NCBI GenBank assembly: GCA_963701965.1
Contig: OY969695.1
Coordinates: 1,952,001-2,016,000 of the forward strand
DNA: 64,000 nucleotides
Direction of reading: 5' to 3'
From: an uncultured Gemmatimonadales bacterium
GTDB taxonomy: Bacteria; Gemmatimonadota; Gemmatimonadetes; Gemmatimonadales; Gemmatimonadaceae
In this document: piece after piece, positions 8,882-19,817 of the stretch
Numbering within the stretch: the stretch's first letter is position 1
Layout: the number at the start of each line of letters is the position of its first letter
Notes under the pieces: generated by a model
What the model saw: only the letters and a program-made list of their open reading frames with translations
Databases searched by the model: none
Told to the model about the DNA's origin: nothing
Made by a program: the position numbers and the translations under genes

Positions 8882-11609
8882 AGGCGCCGGGCGCCAGCAC
8901 GCCCAACGCGCGCTCGGCGAGCATGGCGCCCATCGCATCGCCCGAGAGCGGACGGGCGAAGTAGTACCCCTGTCCCAGTTGGCAGCCGAGTGCTTGCAAG
9001 CCGTCCAGCTGCTCCTGCACCTCGATGCCTTCGGCGATCGTCCGCAAGCACAACGTCTCGCCGAGGGCGATGATGGCGCGCGCCAGGGCGGGTTCGGCTT
9101 TCATGCCGCCGATGCCGTCGACGAACGGCTTGGCGATCTTGAGAATGTCGATCGGGAAGCGCTGCAGATAGGACAGCGATGAGTAGCCCGTCCCGAAATC
9201 ATCGATCGCCAGCCGCACCCCGACCTGCTTGAGGGCCTCCAACCGTTGGAGCATGACGTCGGCGTTTTGCATGAGCACGCTCTCGGTGATCTCCAGCACG
9301 AGGCGGCTCGCCGGCCAGCCGCAGTCCTCGAGCGCGCCGCGAACGACTTCCACGACCCCGGCATGTTGGAGTTGATGCCCCGAAACGTTCACGGTCATCG
9401 TGAACCCCGCGTCGACCCGCGGGTCCCAGACGCGCGCTTGGCGACACGCCTCGCGGAGCACCCACACGCCGAGGGGAACAATGAGCCCCGTTTCCTCGGC
9501 CAGCGGGATGAATTGCGCCGGGTACACCAGCCCTCGCCGCGGGTGATTCCACCGGCACAGCGCCTCGACTCCCGAGACGGCGCCGGTCTTGAGATCAATG
9601 ATCGGCTGGTAGACCAGCGAGAACTCGTCGCGATCCACGGCCCGCCGGAGATCGCCCTCGATCTCCAAGCGTTCCAACGCTTCGCGGTGCATGCGATCCT
9701 CGAACAGCGCGTAGCGCGCCTTCCCGCGGCCCTTGGCGGTATACATCGCCATGTCGGCATTCCGCAGCAGGTCCGACGCGGTGCCGGGGCCTTCGCCATC
9801 CGCGAGCGTGCCATCGGCGATGCCGACACTCGCCGACACGAAGATCTCCTTGCCTTCGACGGTGAACGGCGCCTCCATGGCGGTCGTGATCCGTTCCGCG
9901 ACCGCCGGCGCCGAGTGCTCGCCGACGGCGTTCTCGAGGAGCACGGCGAACTCGTCGCCACCGAGACGCGCCGCCGTATCGCTGGTCCGCACGCACCCGA
10001 CGAGTCGGACGGCGGCCGCCACCAGCAGCCGGTCGCCCGCCACGTGTCCCAGGCTGTCGTTGATGGTCTTGAAGTTGTCGAGATCGATGAACAGCACCGC
10101 GATCGACGATCGCGTGCGCCGGGCCCGGGCCAGCGCGTGCGTGACGCGATCGACGAACAAGGACCGGTTGGCCAGGCCCGTCAGCGGGTCATGGAAGGCC
10201 TGGAGCTTGAGCTGCGCTTCGAGCAGCCGCCGTTCGCTGACATCGCGCGTGTTGATGACGATGCCGCGCACGGTGGGATCGTGCAGCAGATTGGTGCCCA
10301 CGGTCTCCAGATCGAGCCAGCGCCCATCGCGATGCCGCACGCGCCATTCGACCGGCTCCGTCGGCTCGCCCGGCCCGCCGGCGGCCATGCCATTGCGCGA
10401 CAGGATTTCGCGGCCGCGGCTGCGGTCATCCGGATGCAGCAGATCGAGCAACGACCGCCCGTGCAACTCCGGGGCGTCGTACCCCAGCACGCGTTTGATC
10501 GACGGGCTGACGAATTGCACCGCGCCGTCGGCATCGATGATGGCAATGACGTCCGAGGAGTGCTGGATCAGCGACCGGAAGCGCGCTTCGTTGACCTCGG
10601 TCGCCCGCAGCGCCACCAGCCGCGCGTTCTCGCGCACGGCCTGCACCTGTCGAAGCACGACGAGAAACGTGAGCACCATGGCGCTCACGGTGAGCGCCGA
10701 CAGCCGGGTTGTGGGGTGGCGGCCCGCTTCCAGCAGCACCAGCACGTAGCACAGGGTGAGCGAGACGTACGGCAGAGGACTGAACGGTTGCGCCATCGCC
10801 TCCGGTCCATCCGGCGCCGGCGGCGGCACGGGATCGAACACGTACCGGTAGCACGCCACCGCCAGGAGGCAGTAGGCCGCCATGAACGTCACATCGGTCC
10901 ACCCGGAGACCCATTCGCCGATCTCCTGGATCACGTTCTCGCTGGCCAGATCGGACAGGATGTAGAGCGCCATGCCGGCCAGGAGCAGGTGGAGCGCCCG
11001 GCGCTGGCCGCGCATCGGCCGCCGGAGGAGCGCGGTCACGAGGCCGGAGATGACGAGCAGGTCGCCAACCGGATAGGCAATGTTGAAAAACGTCTCGGGC
11101 GAGCTGCGTTCCCCGGTCAGCGCGGTCGGGATGACCACCAGGTACCAGGCCGCCAGGCCGCCGCCAATGAGCACGACAATGGCGTCGAACAGGAATTTGC
11201 GGTGTTCGCCCCGGGCCCGGGGCGCGCGCGGCAGCGTGAGCAGGGCGATCGTCGTGAGGGGGTAGAACACGGCGAACGGCACGTTCGGCCACCACATGCG
11301 ATCGGGATCGGCGTGGCGCACGTGGTGGATGAACGCGGCGATCCCGTTGGCGAGCATGGCGACGGCGATGGCCGCGGCCAGGAGCGCCATGCAGCGGCGC
11401 ACCTCGGATACGGGCGCGCGCCGGGCGGCGTGCCAGGCGAGCGCCATGAGGGCGAGGTTGACAGGAACGAATTGCAGGCCGGCGATCTGTCCCCGGAGGC
11501 CCCCGCCCCATTCCGGAGCGAGCCACCCGGCGGTCAGCCACAGCCAGTAGATCACCGCATAGGCGATGACCCCCGCCGCGATCCATCGCCACGCGCGCCG
11601 GTTCCACAT
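8871..11609 (-). CDS. Membrane-bound PAS-GGDEF-EAL diguanylate cyclase/phosphodiesterase
   Basis: Multiple N-terminal TM helices, a PAS domain, intact ARLGGDEF, EAL and IDDFGTGYSSL. Confidence 0.93.
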   Translation of the reverse strand: MWNRRAWRWIAAGVIAYAVIYWLWLTAGWLAPEWGGGLRGQIAGLQFVPVNLALMALAWHAARRAPVSEVRRCMALLAAAIAVAMLANGIAAFIHHVRHADPDRMWWPNVPFAVFYPLTTIALLTLPRAPRARGEHRKFLFDAIVVLIGGGLAAWYLVVIPTALTGERSSPETFFNIAYPVGDLLVISGLVTALLRRPMRGQRRALHLLLAGMALYILSDLASENVIQEIGEWVSGWTDVTFMAAYCLLAVACYRYVFDPVPPPAPDGPEAMAQPFSPLPYVSLTLCYVLVLLEAGRHPTTRLSALTVSAMVLTFLVVLRQVQAVRENARLVALRATEVNEARFRSLIQHSSDVIAIIDADGAVQFVSPSIKRVLGYDAPELHGRSLLDLLHPDDRSRGREILSRNGMAAGGPGEPTEPVEWRVRHRDGRWLDLETVGTNLLHDPTVRGIVINTRDVSERRLLEAQLKLQAFHDPLTGLANRSLFVDRVTHALARARRTRSSIAVLFIDLDNFKTINDSLGHVAGDRLLVAAAVRLVGCVRTSDTAARLGGDEFAVLLENAVGEHSAPAVAERITTAMEAPFTVEGKEIFVSASVGIADGTLADGEGPGTASDLLRNADMAMYTAKGRGKARYALFEDRMHREALERLEIEGDLRRAVDRDEFSLVYQPIIDLKTGAVSGVEALCRWNHPRRGLVYPAQFIPLAEETGLIVPLGVWVLREACRQARVWDPRVDAGFTMTVNVSGHQLQHAGVVEVVRGALEDCGWPASRLVLEITESVLMQNADVMLQRLEALKQVGVRLAIDDFGTGYSSLSYLQRFPIDILKIAKPFVDGIGGMKAEPALARAIIALGETLCLRTIAEGIEVQEQLDGLQALGCQLGQGYYFARPLSGDAMGAMLAERALGVLAPGAFTS

Positions 11610-11663
11610 ATAGTAAGGGACGCGGGAGGCCGACGGCCGAAACGGAAATACGAGCGGGAAAAG

Positions 11664-13061
11664 CTAGGCCGTCGGCGTCTGCCGATGCTCTTCCTCGGCC
11701 AACGACAGCTCGCCCGCGCTATCGTCGTACGTGAAGAACTCGGCGTACCGGCCCCAATCGACCACGGTCTCGAATTGCCGGCGCGCTTCTTCGCCGCTGA
11801 ACGAGTGTTCGAGGTCGTCGAGCACGCGTTCGGCTTCCAGCGTGTGGGTCGGACTGGCTTCCAGCTCCCGCATGATGTACCGCAGCAGCGACACGTGCTC
11901 CAGCGCCACTTCCCGGAAAATCGACTTCTCGGCCTCGACGTCCGGCGCGTCGGCGAACCGGCGGCCGATCGGGGTCAGGATCACCTGGCGCTCCTGCAAA
12001 TCGGCGAACCCGAGGAGATCGGTGGCCTCGACCAGCGCCAGGAGGTCGTCCGTCCGCATTTGCAGGTCTCGGGACAACTCGTGCACCGTACCCCGGCCGC
12101 CGTTGGCCACGGCGAGATACTGGACGAAGCTCGTGAGGTCGTCGATCCCGACGTCGGGCAGGGTCTGGTACCGCCGGGGGCGGATGGCCGCCGAGACGCG
12201 GGCCGGCGCTTCGGCCGGACGCCCCGCTTCGGCCAGGCGCTGGGCGAGGTAGGCGGTCGCGTCTTCCTCGGGGTTGGTCATCACGTGGTAGATCGTGTCG
12301 ACCAGCCTGCCGCGGGCGGCGCCCTTCTCCCGGCGCTCGGCGGGCGGTAACCCCTTGAGCTCGACGCGGATATGGCCCGGGTTGGCCCCGAACACCAGAA
12401 TGCGGTCGGCGAGGGCCACGGCCTCGTCGATGTTGTGCGTGACGAGGAGAATGGCCTTCGTGGGAATCGACCGTGCGGTCCACAGCTCCTGCAGTTCCTG
12501 GCGCAGATTCTCGGCGGTCAGCACGTCCAGCGCCGAGAAGGGCTCGTCCATGAACAGCACTTCGGGCTGGACGACGAGAGCGCGGGCGAACCCGACCCGT
12601 TGTTTCATGCCGCCGGACAGCTCCTTCGGAAACGCTTCCTCGAAGCCCGCGAGGCCGATCAGCTCGATGGCCTGTTGCGCCCGGTCGCGCCGCTCGGCCG
12701 GCGACAGCGGGGACGCCAGGAGACCGAGTTGGACGTTGTCGAACACCGTGAGCCACGGAAACAGCGCGAAGCTCTGAAAGACGATGGCGACGTTTTCGTT
12801 CGAGCCACGCAGCGGCTCGCCGTGCACCAGCACCCGGCCTTCCGACGGCTCCATCAGACCAGCGAGGACGCGCAGGAGCGTCGACTTGCCCGAACCGGAC
12901 GGCCCCAGGAGGGCGACGAACTCTCCGGCGCGGAGATCGACGCTCACGTTGTCGAGCACCGGTGTGCGATCGTCCCCGTAGTATTGACGCACGCTTTCGG
13001 CCGCCAGCAAAACGGAGCCGGTGGCGATCGTAGCGGGCGTGGGTTCGAACGCGAGTGTCAT
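11664..13061 (-). CDS. NitT/TauT-family ABC transporter ATP-binding protein with C-terminal extension
   Basis: Walker A GPSGSGKST, LSGGMKQ, FMDEPF; ATG at 13061 overlaps the permease stop (TGATG). Confidence 0.9.
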   Translation of the reverse strand: MTLAFEPTPATIATGSVLLAAESVRQYYGDDRTPVLDNVSVDLRAGEFVALLGPSGSGKSTLLRVLAGLMEPSEGRVLVHGEPLRGSNENVAIVFQSFALFPWLTVFDNVQLGLLASPLSPAERRDRAQQAIELIGLAGFEEAFPKELSGGMKQRVGFARALVVQPEVLFMDEPFSALDVLTAENLRQELQELWTARSIPTKAILLVTHNIDEAVALADRILVFGANPGHIRVELKGLPPAERREKGAARGRLVDTIYHVMTNPEEDATAYLAQRLAEAGRPAEAPARVSAAIRPRRYQTLPDVGIDDLTSFVQYLAVANGGRGTVHELSRDLQMRTDDLLALVEATDLLGFADLQERQVILTPIGRRFADAPDVEAEKSIFREVALEHVSLLRYIMRELEASPTHTLEAERVLDDLEHSFSGEEARRQFETVVDWGRYAEFFTYDDSAGELSLAEEEHRQTPTA

Positions 13062-14826
13062 CAGTCCAGACGGTAGCGGGTCGCGGCCAGGGCGTACAGA
13101 CGGCGCCAGACGAGCCGATTTCCTGTGATGACGATCCCGGCCATCACCAACGTACCGGCCAGGAGCATCGGGAAGTTCCCTTTGTCGGCCGAATCGGTGA
13201 TGATCGCCCCGAGACCGACCGTGCTGACGGTACGGTGCTGCACGGTTACCAGCTCCGAGACGATGCTGGTGTTCCAGGCGCCGCCGGTCGCCGTGATCAT
13301 CCCGGTGACAAGGTACGGAAAGATCGCGGGCAGTATCAACGTCTTCCAGCGGCGCCACCCGGTCACCCGGTACGTGATGGCGGCCTCGCGCAGGTCCGAT
13401 GGGATCGCCATGGCACCGGCGACGACGTTGAAGAGGACATACCACTGGGTCCCCAGCAGCATCAGGAGGATGGCGGCGACGTTCAGACCGCCAGGCAGGC
13501 CGATAAGGATCGCCAGCAAAATCGGGAACACGGCCGTCGCCGGGACGGAGGCGATGACCTGGATGATCGGTTGGGCGCGGCGGGCCAACTTGGGGTTGAG
13601 GCCAATGGCAACGCCGGCGGGGATCGTCCAGGCGGCGGCCAATACCAGCGCGGTGAGCGTGCGCAGGAACGTGGCGCCGGCGCCGAGGGCGACGCTGCGC
13701 CAGTCTTGGGCGGGGAGGGCGGCTAGCTCTTGGACCGCGGCGATCGCCCCCCAGAGCACGAGGCCGCACACGATGATGATCACCGTGGTGCTCTTCCAGT
13801 AGCCGCGCCATCCGGTGGGGGTGGTCCCGGGTCTTCGTACTCGATGCGGGGCTCGCGGGGTTTGCTCAGGATCCGGTCGAGGGCGTGCATCATGGGGTCG
13901 AGCCAGTGGGCCTGCAGCCATTCGAGCATGGCCGATCCTTCCAGAGCTTCCAAGATCGCGGATCGTGGGGCGTCGCCCGTGCCGGATTGTTCGAACTTGA
14001 ACCGGTCGGACCAGGCCACCAGGGGACGCCACAGGAGCTGGTCGAGGCCGATGATGATGACGACGAGGGCGAGGAGGGCGAGCAGGAGGGCGACGGTGTC
14101 GCCGGCCCGGGCGGCTTCCTGGAGATACGATCCCAGGCCCGGCAGCTCGTAGCTGTCCTTGCCGAGGGGCCCCTGTTCGGCGGCGATCAGGAAGAACCAG
14201 CCGCCGGCCCAGCTCATCATGCTGTTGGCGATCAAGGAGATCGCGCCAAAGGGGAGCTCGAGTCGCGTGAACCGGCGCCAGGCGCCGAGGCGGTAAACGC
14301 GGGCGGCCTCGCTCAGGTCCTGGGGGATCGTGAGCAGGGACTGATGGAAGCTGAACGCGAGGTTCCAGGCCTGGCTCGTGAAGATCAGGATGATCGCGGC
14401 GAGCTCGAGTCCGACGGCCTTGCCCGGGAAGAGGGCGGCCAGGCCGAAGACGACGCCCGGCATGAACGACAGGATCGGGATGCTCTGGAGAATGTCGAGC
14501 AGCGGCAGCAGGAAACGCTCGGCGGTCCGGCTGGCGGCGGCGATCTTGGCGTAGGCGAGGCTGAAGACCAGCGAGATGACGTAGGCGAACGTCATCCGCA
14601 GGGTCGAGAGGGCGGCGTAGAGGGGAAGGTGCCAGAGATCGAGGGAGATCCTGGTGCCGAGGGCCAGTGGGGCGCGCCAGCTCATCACGGCGCGCAGCAC
14701 CCCGTAGCCCATCGCCAGCACGACCAGCAGCATCACCGCGTCGACCCAACGGGGCGTCAGGCGACGCCCCGCGACCGGGCCCGTTGGGGACTCGGCGGGG
14801 AGGACGGGAATGATGGGCTGGGCCAT
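13061..14826 (-). pseudogene. NitT/TauT-family duplicated ABC permease, apparently frameshifted (possible sequencing error)
   Basis: N-half (to 13780) and C-half (GWRGYWK...RYRLD) lie in different frames; adding one base at the G5 run 13817-13821 gives a single ~588-aa ORF with two EAA loops. Confidence 0.75.
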
Positions 14827-15243
14827 GGCGGCCGGAACATACACGGCCACCCGCGTGGGTCCAACACCGCCGCCCGTAACGGGGGTGAAACCCCCACCCC
14901 CGTCTCACCCCGCGCCGATCATCTCCCGCCCTTCACCTGACCGCAATCAGGGTGCACCCATCGGCATATCGCGCATGTCGCATCGCCTCGCGCATCATGC
15001 GTCGGTCCACGGCACCACGCGCTCGTTCGCGTGATCCACGAACAAGCACGGTGATAATTCGTCGCAGGCGGCCTGCTGTACCGAGACGCCGGAGACGAAT
15101 TATCAGCGTGCGACGTGGGCCGCGCGCAGTTTCCCGTCAAGAAGATGTTGTGGTCGACAGACGAGATGCTGACACGACCACTCCGTTGTCACAGCACTGT
15201 GATACCGCCGTCGGCGTCTCGTGTCAGACGCGGTGCCCGATCG

Positions 15244-15272
15244 TTGACTTGTCCAACCTGAGGTGGTATTCG
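15244..15272 (+). promoter_or_regulatory. Putative sigma70 promoter of the first SusC-SusD pair
   Basis: TTGACT-17 bp-TATTCG with an extended -10 TG; a near-identical element precedes the paralogue at 29172. Confidence 0.6.
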
Positions 15273-15348
15273 AGCGCCGCACCACCGGCGCTCCGCCCAC
15301 ATCGGGGCACACCGCGCCGCGTGCATCACTCTCTTTTCCCCAGAGGAG

Positions 15349-18342
15349 ATGCTGCGCATGAGCCCAACAATCGTACGCGCACTTTCCATCGCAGGACTCG
15401 CGATCACGGCATCGCGATCACTCGGCGCGCAGGAGGTCGCGCGCCTCACGGGCCGAGTCGTGGATGCCGCGGACAAGATCCCGATATCGGGCGCCGCCAT
15501 CACCGTCACCGGCACGACCATCGGCGCCCTCGCCACCGACAGTGGCACATTCTCCCTCCGCCTGCCCACCGACGCCAAGACGCTCTCCGTCCGCCGGATC
15601 GGCTATCACCAGGCGACGATCCCCATCACACCCGGCGTCACCGACCTCACGATCGCCCTCGACCGCAATGTGCTCAAGCTGGAACAGCAGGTCATCACGG
15701 GCGTCGCCACAACCGTGTCGTCGAAGAACGCCGCCAACGACGTCGCCGTCGTCACCGCGTCCGCGGTCAACGAAGTTCCGGCCCCGACGATGGAAAACGC
15801 CATTCAAGGCAAGGTGGCCGGCGCCGTCATTCAAGCCAACAACGGCGGCGCCCCGGGCGGCGGCCTGCAGATCCAGGTCCGCGGGATCACCTCGATCAAC
15901 GGCAACGCCTCCCCGCTCTACGTCATCGACGGCGTCATCGTCAACAACGAGACGGTGAACAACGACGCCAACGCCATCAGCCAATCCGGCGGCGGCATAT
16001 CCACAACCGGCCAACCCACCGGCAACGCCCCCAGTCGCCAAGACAACGGCGTCAACCGGATCGCCGACATCAACCCCGAGGACATCGAGACGATCGAGGT
16101 ACTCAAGGGCGCGTCCGCATCCGCCATCTACGGCTCGCAAGCTTCGGCCGGCGTCGTGGTCATCACGACAAAGAAAGGGACACCAGGAAAGCCGAAGTGG
16201 AACCTCGACACCCAGGTCGGACACTTCGCGCTCGCCAACGAGCTCCCCGACCGGACATTCCCGACGTTGGCCAGCGCGCTGGCCTGGGGTCAGGAGTTCG
16301 GCAAGGATCCGACACTGATTCGTCAGGTCTACGCCGGCCCGCAAGACTATCAACGCCAACTCTTCGGCAACAACCAGGCGTCCTACTCGGCCAACCTCAG
16401 TGTGTCCGGGACCGTCGCCGGCGGCACGCAGTTCTACCTCGCCGGGAATTCCAAGTACGACAACGGCGTCGAGAACAACATCGGCTACACCAAGCAATCG
16501 ATCCGCGCCAACGTCACCCAGCCGGTCTCCTCGGCGATCTCGCTCTCGGCGAACCTGAGCTACATGCACGACCTGACCCGCCGCGGCATCACCGGCAACG
16601 ACAACATCGGCTTGAGCCCCTACAACGTCATCGCCAACACCCCACAGTTCGTGGCGCTCGACAAGCAAAATCCCGACGGCACCTGGCCGTCCAACCCGTT
16701 CGCGTCCGCCAACCCCTTCGCCGACGCCGCCGACATCGCCACACCCGAGGAAGTAAGCCGCTTCATCGGCGGCGGCGTATTCGACTGGACCGTGTTCCAG
16801 GCCGAGCACCAGTCCCTCAAGCTCACGATCAACGGCGGCGCCGATCTGACCAGCTTGCACGATCTGCTGTACGCCCCACCCGACCTGCAAGTCGAACTCG
16901 CGATCCCCACCGGGTTGCCCGGCACGTCGGTCTCCAACGTCGCCCAGACTAACTATTTCAACTACGCGATCAACCTCAATCACCACTACACGGGCCTCCA
17001 ATGGCTCGACGCCAACACCACGCTGGGATTCACGCGCGACCGGCGTGAAACCAACAACCCGGTGACCGTCGGCCAGAACCTGCTGCCCGGCGTCAACTCC
17101 CCGACCGTGGGCACGGTGCAGACGAACTTCTTCACCCGCACCGCCCAACTCGATCAGTCCCTGTACGCCCAGGAGCAGCTGCTCACGTTCGACTCGCACC
17201 TGAACCTGACCGCCGGCCTCACGGCCGAGCGCTCCACGAACGACGGGGACATCAAGACATTCTCCTTCTTCCCCCACTACTCGGCGTCCTACCGCACGCC
17301 GGCTTTCAGCGTCGTCAATGAGCTCAAGCTTCGCGTTGCCTACGGCCAGTCTGGCAACCTCGCCCCCTACGGCGCCAAGTACACGCCCTACAACCCCACG
17401 ATCGTCGGCGGCGGCAACGGCGTGTACGTGAACGCCCAACAAGGCGACCCCAACATCAAGCCCGAGTCCGAGACGGAGATCGAGACCGGCATCGACGCGA
17501 CGCTCTTTCATTCCCGCGCCCAGCTCACCGCGACGATCTACCAGAAGCGCCTGACCGACCTCTTGCTCCTGGCCAACGTCGCCCCGACGCTCGGCTACCA
17601 ATTCCAATTCTTCAACGGCGGCGAGCTGACCAACCAGGGACTCGAGCTCTCGCTCAATTCGACACCGATCCAGCTGCGCAACGGCTTCAACTGGCTCAAC
17701 TCGATCACGTTTTACCGGAACTACAGCGTGGTCAATGCACTGCCCACGCCATCAGGGCCGATTGGGTTCACGTTCGGATTCGGAGAGGGATTCTTGGCAC
17801 CCGGCCGATCGGTGTCCGAGGTCGTCGACGAGAGTCGCACCGGCCCCGGTGGCCTGCCGGTGCAAGTCGGCGATTTCCAACCCGGCTACCGGATCAACGT
17901 CGGCAACGAATTCGGTTGGAAAGGATTTCGACTCTACGGCCTGATCGAGTGGAGCCAGGGCGGCAGCACCATCGATCTGACCGACTTGTACTTCGACGGC
18001 GGACCCGGACTGTCGGGCGATCCCACCGCGTCGACCGCGCGCCTCAACTCGTTCCTCGGCGGCAACCCGACCGAATACGTGCAAGACGCGAGCTACTTCA
18101 AGGTCCGGCAAATCTCCCTGAGCTACGTGCTGCCGGCCAACATCGCCCGGTGGGCCCTGGGCGGCCGCATCAACAGCGCGCGCCTGACCCTCTCCGGCTA
18201 CAACATGTTCTCGGTTTTCAAATTCCCCGGCCTCGACCCGGAAGCCAGCGTCAACGGCAATCAGCAGATCACGCGGGGCCAAGACATCGCCCCGTACCCG
18301 CCCGCGAAGAGCTACTTCCTCGGCCTCAACCTGGGGTTCTGA
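15349..18342 (+). CDS. SusC/RagA-family TonB-linked outer-membrane protein (copy 1)
   Basis: Signal peptide, carboxypeptidase-like N-domain, PLYVIDG, DINPEDIETIEVLKGASASAIYG, C-terminal F; GAGGAG Shine-Dalgarno. Confidence 0.93.
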   Translation: MLRMSPTIVRALSIAGLAITASRSLGAQEVARLTGRVVDAADKIPISGAAITVTGTTIGALATDSGTFSLRLPTDAKTLSVRRIGYHQATIPITPGVTDLTIALDRNVLKLEQQVITGVATTVSSKNAANDVAVVTASAVNEVPAPTMENAIQGKVAGAVIQANNGGAPGGGLQIQVRGITSINGNASPLYVIDGVIVNNETVNNDANAISQSGGGISTTGQPTGNAPSRQDNGVNRIADINPEDIETIEVLKGASASAIYGSQASAGVVVITTKKGTPGKPKWNLDTQVGHFALANELPDRTFPTLASALAWGQEFGKDPTLIRQVYAGPQDYQRQLFGNNQASYSANLSVSGTVAGGTQFYLAGNSKYDNGVENNIGYTKQSIRANVTQPVSSAISLSANLSYMHDLTRRGITGNDNIGLSPYNVIANTPQFVALDKQNPDGTWPSNPFASANPFADAADIATPEEVSRFIGGGVFDWTVFQAEHQSLKLTINGGADLTSLHDLLYAPPDLQVELAIPTGLPGTSVSNVAQTNYFNYAINLNHHYTGLQWLDANTTLGFTRDRRETNNPVTVGQNLLPGVNSPTVGTVQTNFFTRTAQLDQSLYAQEQLLTFDSHLNLTAGLTAERSTNDGDIKTFSFFPHYSASYRTPAFSVVNELKLRVAYGQSGNLAPYGAKYTPYNPTIVGGGNGVYVNAQQGDPNIKPESETEIETGIDATLFHSRAQLTATIYQKRLTDLLLLANVAPTLGYQFQFFNGGELTNQGLELSLNSTPIQLRNGFNWLNSITFYRNYSVVNALPTPSGPIGFTFGFGEGFLAPGRSVSEVVDESRTGPGGLPVQVGDFQPGYRINVGNEFGWKGFRLYGLIEWSQGGSTIDLTDLYFDGGPGLSGDPTASTARLNSFLGGNPTEYVQDASYFKVRQISLSYVLPANIARWALGGRINSARLTLSGYNMFSVFKFPGLDPEASVNGNQQITRGQDIAPYPPAKSYFLGLNLGF

Positions 18343-18343
18343 C

Positions 18344-19816
18344 ATGCAACCGTCTCACACCATCGTCATAGCCGCGCTGGTACTCGCGGCGTGCTCCGAC
18401 ACCAACGTGCCTTTCTACACGGCGCCGACCGTACTGCCCAACACTCCGGCCGGCGTGACGACGGCGCTGACGGGATTGGTCAGCGCGTCGCGCCTGGACC
18501 TGGGCGGCGCCCAGGGGTTGTTCATGTTCGACATGGCGGGCTACGCGCGCCAAGCCGCGAACTATACCAATACCGAGCCGCGTTTCATTACCTACATTCT
18601 GGGCCTGGCGCCGATTCCGCCGCAGGGCTGGCCGGCCGTATGGGCGCTCTCCTACGGCGAGATCCTCCAGTCGCACCAGATCATCGCCATGATCCCCAAC
18701 GCCAATCCAACCTTCACGCCGCAGCAGGCCGCGGCATTGACGGGCATCACGCAAACGCTGGAGGCCTACGACTACATCGTCGTGGCCGAGGACCACGATA
18801 CCTTGGGCGCGGCCGTGTTGCCGCAGAACCCCGGCACGACTCCTCCGCCGGCATACTGTATCAAGGACGTCTGGAAGTACATCGTGGCGCTCCTCGATTC
18901 GGCCAACGCCAATCTCAACATGGCCGGCGCCACGTCCCTCAAGTTCGCCCAGCTCCCGCCGGGGTTCGCCGCCGTCAGCGCCGTCGCCGGACCGAGCACC
19001 GTCGCCGGCTCGTTCGCGTCATTCAATCGCGCGCTGGCCGGACGCGCCGGACTGGAACTGGCCTACGCGATCGCCCGCAGCAGTCCCGCGACCACACCGT
19101 CGGAAACATCGCCGGGACAACCCGACATCGCGGCCCTGACCGCGGCCGACAGCGCCATGAGCCATTCGGCGTTGTTCGATCCGGCGGCGCTCGCCCCCAA
19201 TCCGACGGACGGCTGGAACGCCGACGCGCATTCCGTGTTCTTCGATTTCAGCGCGCAGTCGGGAGATCAGACGAACCCGATGAACGGCGTCATCGGCACG
19301 ATGGTCGTTCTCAAGAACGTGCCCGACGCGCAGGACACGATCAACGATCTGCGCTGGAAAGCGAAGTTCATCGTCAATCCGAATCAGGTCCAGCAACAGG
19401 CGTTCGACTCGGTCGTGTCACCGTACATCTATGACATGTATCCGAGCCCCGCGTCGTTCCTGCCCATCGTGCGCGACGAAGGCCTCACGCTGACGGAAGC
19501 GCAGATTCAGCTCGGGCTCGGCAACTTCGGCGCGGCCGCGACGCTCGTCAACAATGTCCGGACGCAGGTGGGCGGATTGGCGCCGGCCACGATTCCCAAC
19601 ACCTACGTCGGCACCCGCGACGCCCTGCTGCACGAACAGCAGATCTCCTCGTTCCTGGAGGCACTCGGCGACCGCACCGTCGCCATCCGGATGTACAAGC
19701 TGGAGAAAGCGCTGCTCACCACGTGGGGAGTCCAGGACCTGCACACCACGATCGATCCCATCCCCGGCACGGAGCTGGCCGGGCGGGGCGGGACATTCAC
19801 GAAAACCTGTCCCTAA
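18344..19816 (+). CDS. SusD/RagB-family lipoprotein (copy 1)
   Basis: Lipobox LAAC, directly after SusC; PIVRDEGL.L.EAQ motif. Confidence 0.85.
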   Translation: MQPSHTIVIAALVLAACSDTNVPFYTAPTVLPNTPAGVTTALTGLVSASRLDLGGAQGLFMFDMAGYARQAANYTNTEPRFITYILGLAPIPPQGWPAVWALSYGEILQSHQIIAMIPNANPTFTPQQAAALTGITQTLEAYDYIVVAEDHDTLGAAVLPQNPGTTPPPAYCIKDVWKYIVALLDSANANLNMAGATSLKFAQLPPGFAAVSAVAGPSTVAGSFASFNRALAGRAGLELAYAIARSSPATTPSETSPGQPDIAALTAADSAMSHSALFDPAALAPNPTDGWNADAHSVFFDFSAQSGDQTNPMNGVIGTMVVLKNVPDAQDTINDLRWKAKFIVNPNQVQQQAFDSVVSPYIYDMYPSPASFLPIVRDEGLTLTEAQIQLGLGNFGAAATLVNNVRTQVGGLAPATIPNTYVGTRDALLHEQQISSFLEALGDRTVAIRMYKLEKALLTTWGVQDLHTTIDPIPGTELAGRGGTFTKTCP

Positions 19817-19817
19817 G

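Noticed and set aside
9246..12350. 1034-aa plus-strand ORF and many other long overlapping ORFs in the track
   Set aside because: They are antisense or off-frame shadows of well-supported genes in high-GC DNA, Arg/Pro/Ala-rich and without motifs.
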